Source of the DNA: Candidatus Latescibacterota bacterium
GTDB lineage: Bacteria > Latescibacterota > UBA2968 > UBA8231
Direction: 5' to 3'
Assembly: GCA_965219385.1 (NCBI GenBank)
Contig: CBDCNM010000001.1
Coordinates: 1,104,631-1,168,630, forward strand
Length of the DNA stretch: 64,000 nt
Positions 62,301 to 64,000 of this stretch are shown here, in pieces. A model generated the notes under the pieces. It was given only the letters and a program-made list of their open reading frames with translations. It was not told the DNA's origin and searched no databases. Within the stretch, counting starts at the first letter, position 1. Each line of letters starts with the position of its first letter. Position numbers and translations under genes: made by a program.

Positions 62301-64000
62301 AGGCCGAGAGCGCCCCCCCGACCGACCCGGTGCGGGCTCGGCCGGGGGGGACCGTCTCCTACAGCGCCGCGTCGTACGTGGCGACCGAAGACGGCGACAC
62401 CGCCACGGTGCGGGTGAACCTGTCGCCGGCGCCGACCGAGGCGGTGGCCGTGAAGGTGACGGTGCGACCGGGCCCGAACACCGAGGCCGGCGACTTCGCC
62501 GCTGTCGACCTGGCGTCGGACAGCACCGTGTCGTTCACGGCCACCGCCGCCTCGGACTCGTTCAAGATCGTGGCCCGCTCCGATGCGGACAGCGAGGACG
62601 AGACGGTGCTGCTGGGGTTCAAGGAGCTGCCGGCCGGCATCGGCCCCGGCGCGCCGGCCACGGCCACGGTGAACCTCTTGGACGCGACCCTGAAGGTGGT
62701 CGGGCCCGCCCGGGTCTCCGTCGAGGAGGAGGGCAGCAGGTTGGTGGCCCCGTACCGGGCTACCGACCCGTGGGACGGTCCGGTGGCGCCGGTCCGCTGG
62801 TCGCTGACCGGCGCCGATTCTACCTGGTTTCAGATGCATGGCAACACCCTCGAATTCGTCAGCGAGCCCGACTACGAGCAGCCCCTGGACGACGGCACCG
62901 ACAACGTCTACGACGTGAATCTGCAGGCCGTCTACGGGGGGGCGTACCACTCGGCCCCGTTCCCCGTGGCCGTGACCGTGACCAACAAGGACGAGCCGGG
63001 CACGGTGAGCGTGTCGCCGTCGAGCGCGCAGGTGGGCCGGGAGTTGCAGGCGACGCTGACCGACCCGGACGGCAGCGTGTCTGACACGCTGTGGCAGTGG
63101 CAGTACCGGGCCGAGGCCACATCGGCGTGGGATGACCTTACGAGCCCGGAAGCGCGGTTTTCCGCGTATAGGCCGGTGGCGGCCGATGCCGGGCAGTACC
63201 TGCGGGCGACGGTGGGCTACACCGACGGGCACGGGCCGGGCAAGAGCGCACAGAGCGGGGCCACCGATGCGGTGCAGGAGGCGTCAACCGTGACGATCGT
63301 GGGGCCGGACAGTGTTTGGTTTGCCGAGAACGGCACGGACTCAGTGGCCACCTATCGGGCCACGGATGGGCAAGGGGCCCGGCTGGCGTGGCGGTTGGGG
63401 GGGCCGGATGTGGGGGCTTTCACGGTGGAAGGGGATACCCTTTCCTTTACGAGGGCGCCCGATTTTGAGGGGCCGACCGATGCGGGGGGCGACAACGAGT
63501 ACCACGTCACGGTGACGGCTGGCGAGGGGGCGGGGTCTAGGTCGGAGGCGGTGGTGGTGACGGTGACCAATGTGGATGAGCCGCCGCCGCCCGTGGGGGT
63601 GAGCGATACCACCTTTGCCGAGAACGGCACGGGGGGGGTGGCCACCTACACGGCCACCGACCCGGAGGGGGCCGCGATTGACTGGTCGTTGGGGGGGGCG
63701 GATGCCGACACCTTGCAGATCGATGCGCAGGGCCGGCTGTCGTTCCGGGCGGCGCCCAACTATGAGGCGCCGGCCGATGCCAACCGGGACCGTGTCTACC
63801 AGGTGGCGGTGGTGGCCAGTGACGGGGCGTTGTCAGCGTCGCTGGCGGTGTCGGTGCGGGTGACCAATGTGGAGGAGCCCGGCACGGTGACGCTGTCGTC
63901 GACTCAGCCGCGGGTGGGCACGGAGCTGACGGCGGAGCTGCACGACCCGGATGGGATCGAGCCGGGGGCGCGCTGGCAATGGCAGCGTCGGGCCGATGCG
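56360..64000 (+). CDS. Giant secreted LRR - S8 subtilase - FN3 - Calx-beta - cadherin protein (3' end beyond window)
   Basis: ATG 56360 with AGGAG SD; the frame appears open to 64000 (no ORF-track entry in this frame); catalytic D 57368, H 57539, S 58376 (VIDGG, HGT, GTSYAAP); FN3 and cadherin repeats. Confidence 0.9.
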   Translation, partial: MPSVRTFVALGLIYLGLSAGWAQTDPSPAVVTVPDARLRAVLEDSLGLAEGASITAVALARLTVLEAPDASIVALTGLEFATGLTRLDLGPGPGRWPWENSNAISDLAPLSGLTGLTWLSLSGNAVVDVSSLSGLTGLTYLNLEDNPISEVSSLSGLTNLTDLYLALTPLSEASSLSGLTGLTVHGLPWPYRYPKLGSLSDLVEAYEDARPTGRSGARSPAPPAPSVRVKIQTDTRSRVDAVARFLEDQGIAADTWQGDSASVIQGLLWARVPVSLLVRLSEQAGVLSVEKVYPSIPLQNNGSSEGASSRTPDKAHGAAAWRNAGIEGAGIRVGVIDGGFQGFSDRLISMVDTVRARCYAGEGATPTTIVLEDCETSDCATALQNSSCENDTTHGTDVTEALLGIAPKVSLYIANPKRNTMRDAVTWMIGEGVQVINHSRGMLWDGPGDGTSPAPKSPLKSVDAAVEAGIIWVNGAGNDAKRTWFSRSLVFNADDYLMFDGTNAKGNEVFLPSGQEYTFQLRWQDTWPGANRNLDLYLYGKDHERVMSMVAQSVEPQNGGMMHTPLEVLEYTPTTPFFSYCLSVKKLDPEDDNPEWVQLQVFSTMVDSLKHNTGAGSISNPAESNNPGLLAVGAADLSVPPMIESYSSRGPTPEDNRTKPDLVGAVDQLSGTSYAAPRVAGLAALVIQHMDGDPSYDSPDKIATYLKNNTLDRDGDGVADDPDNIWGHGFAQLPELLAAPGGLTAEAVSGEGEGIRVGWNAVASTSPEVTGYRLEFQQAQVGTEDSEGWSDYALLATITNGSTTYTQTVDAMGLPLYTGYRYRYRVRARPAGEWSADFPENGVIPLPGLLSGVRVEVVNGQAKTIWDCPLAKCDPSPGEPLPPLDVEYQRKTGDLDWGLWQPVSTTGLSTDAPARGARGSAGASGGSLPTSYTVPVAELDSTVTYQFRVRLVNADGQARAASKAVAVVPLEVQGADGQARLSWTDPGYALITQWQYRTRAGAAAWEEWENITPGGGATTSYTYTVPNLTNGVGYQFQMQAMEGTAPRVVSFIVAATPGRAPDPVRHLHAAAGNGQVTLSWRAPGSDGGLALTGYEYRQSANSGRTWPPDWTAVAPPLATSLTRTGLESCTFYTFEVRARNPAGPGDARRVSVPRPYWSGSLAADTTWSGRVCVDGDVTIPAGVTLTLAAETEMAFHPGGDATGGGDDPARPELIVAGTLSAGTGVTFRSVDINFPSTSDWSGIRVDSGGSADLSGATVRDGARCVQAHTSGTVTLTNTTLSPCGQSVSLSSRRSQVGVGLTATLEGETEAVSAARWQWQGRNDRDSAPAWADLAGASQLVSYTPVAADIGHRLRATVRYGPGSSSYSNYAQSAATRVVQGPPPTGFAVWPDHEAVLLLWDDSAEAPITHWHYGVKEGTEYAWTEVANSEVPATEYGGRMIRYHRIGGLSNTVEYRFKLRAQMDAGLGASTEAVRATPVQPQVAYGASSYEAREGGAAVEVGVALSAQTTRAVRLPLTVTADSGTEAGDYTVEGLSAGAAGAYTVSFTLGQSTQTFTLRANADEDEDDETVSLGLGTLPSGVRAGTPARATVTLRDIDVNEPPVITGGPTAVSFAENGTDSVATYRATDPEGAAIRWAWAGPDASAFTMRGDSLYFFARAPDYENPTDADQDTVYQVTVTASDGSLSSDPVEVSVTVTNVNEPPQIEGPTAVSFAENGTDSVATYRATDPEGAAIRWAWAGPDASAFTMRGDSLYFAPAPDYENPTDADQDTVYQVRVTASDGSLSSDPVEVRVTVTNVNEPPQIEGPTVVSFAENGTDSVATYRATDPEGAAIRWAWAGPDASAFTMRGDSLYFAPVPDYENPTDADQDTVYQVRVTASDGALSSDPVEVSVRVTDVEEPGTVTLSSSQPQVGTAVTATLSDPDGGVRGTLWQWQASNTSPASWLNRGSPGASSSYTPPDADVGYVLRARARYTDVHGSQQAESAPPTDPVRARPGGTVSYSAASYVATEDGDTATVRVNLSPAPTEAVAVKVTVRPGPNTEAGDFAAVDLASDSTVSFTATAASDSFKIVARSDADSEDETVLLGFKELPAGIGPGAPATATVNLLDATLKVVGPARVSVEEEGSRLVAPYRATDPWDGPVAPVRWSLTGADSTWFQMHGNTLEFVSEPDYEQPLDDGTDNVYDVNLQAVYGGAYHSAPFPVAVTVTNKDEPGTVSVSPSSAQVGRELQATLTDPDGSVSDTLWQWQYRAEATSAWDDLTSPEARFSAYRPVAADAGQYLRATVGYTDGHGPGKSAQSGATDAVQEASTVTIVGPDSVWFAENGTDSVATYRATDGQGARLAWRLGGPDVGAFTVEGDTLSFTRAPDFEGPTDAGGDNEYHVTVTAGEGAGSRSEAVVVTVTNVDEPPPPVGVSDTTFAENGTGGVATYTATDPEGAAIDWSLGGADADTLQIDAQGRLSFRAAPNYEAPADANRDRVYQVAVVASDGALSASLAVSVRVTNVEEPGTVTLSSTQPRVGTELTAELHDPDGIEPGARWQWQRRADA
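61150..62050 (+). repeat. Three near-identical tandem cadherin-coding units (about 297-300 bp)
   Basis: GTGTCGTTTGCCGAGAACGGCACGGACTCGGTGG recurs at about 61190, 61490 and 61787; more diverged copies at about 62700, 63300 and 63600. Confidence 0.92.

Noticed and set aside
59663..63232. 1189-aa minus-strand ORF
   Set aside because: Arg/Pro/His-rich antisense shadow of the GC-rich giant plus-strand gene; no domain-like motifs

Overview
Bacterial chromosomal window with a housekeeping backbone: eno, ssb, a stand-alone ftsA, tRNA-Thr(CGT), mltG-pcrA-mtaB-miaB, a UvrD-like helicase pair, PTS IIA, groES-groEL, a SelA-like PLP enzyme, pterin dehydratase and a fused IOR-family oxidoreductase. It also has two envelope-glycan loci (Wzi-like/GT2/radical SAM/GT2, and SGNH/YfhO/DUF2723 facing an epimerase and a nucleotidyltransferase). 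Two visibly more GC-rich islands encode modular secreted proteins (about 36.1-40.2 kb and 54.4-64 kb). FlgD-Ig/T9SS-like 'PNPFN' C-termini and a 'SWGAIK' C-terminal motif suggest an FCB-superphylum organism such as Latescibacterota; this is inference only. The most striking item is missing from the supplied ORF track: a giant ORF of more than 2,540 codons (56360 to the window end) encoding LRR + propeptide-like domain + intact S8 subtilase + FN3/Calx-beta/cadherin repeats. It is directly preceded by a paralog with the same leader, an expanded 66-bp LRR array and the propeptide-like domain but no protease, which makes a candidate protease/inhibitor pair. Other notable items: a sigma-54-type promoter in front of a His-tailed GroEL, three MITE families (two stacked at one target), a recurring stop-codon-linked footprint motif, a perfect 126-bp tandem duplication, a fused MNT-HEPN gene and a nuclease-less AddAB/AdnAB-like helicase pair. 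No CRISPR array, rRNA or transposase was found.
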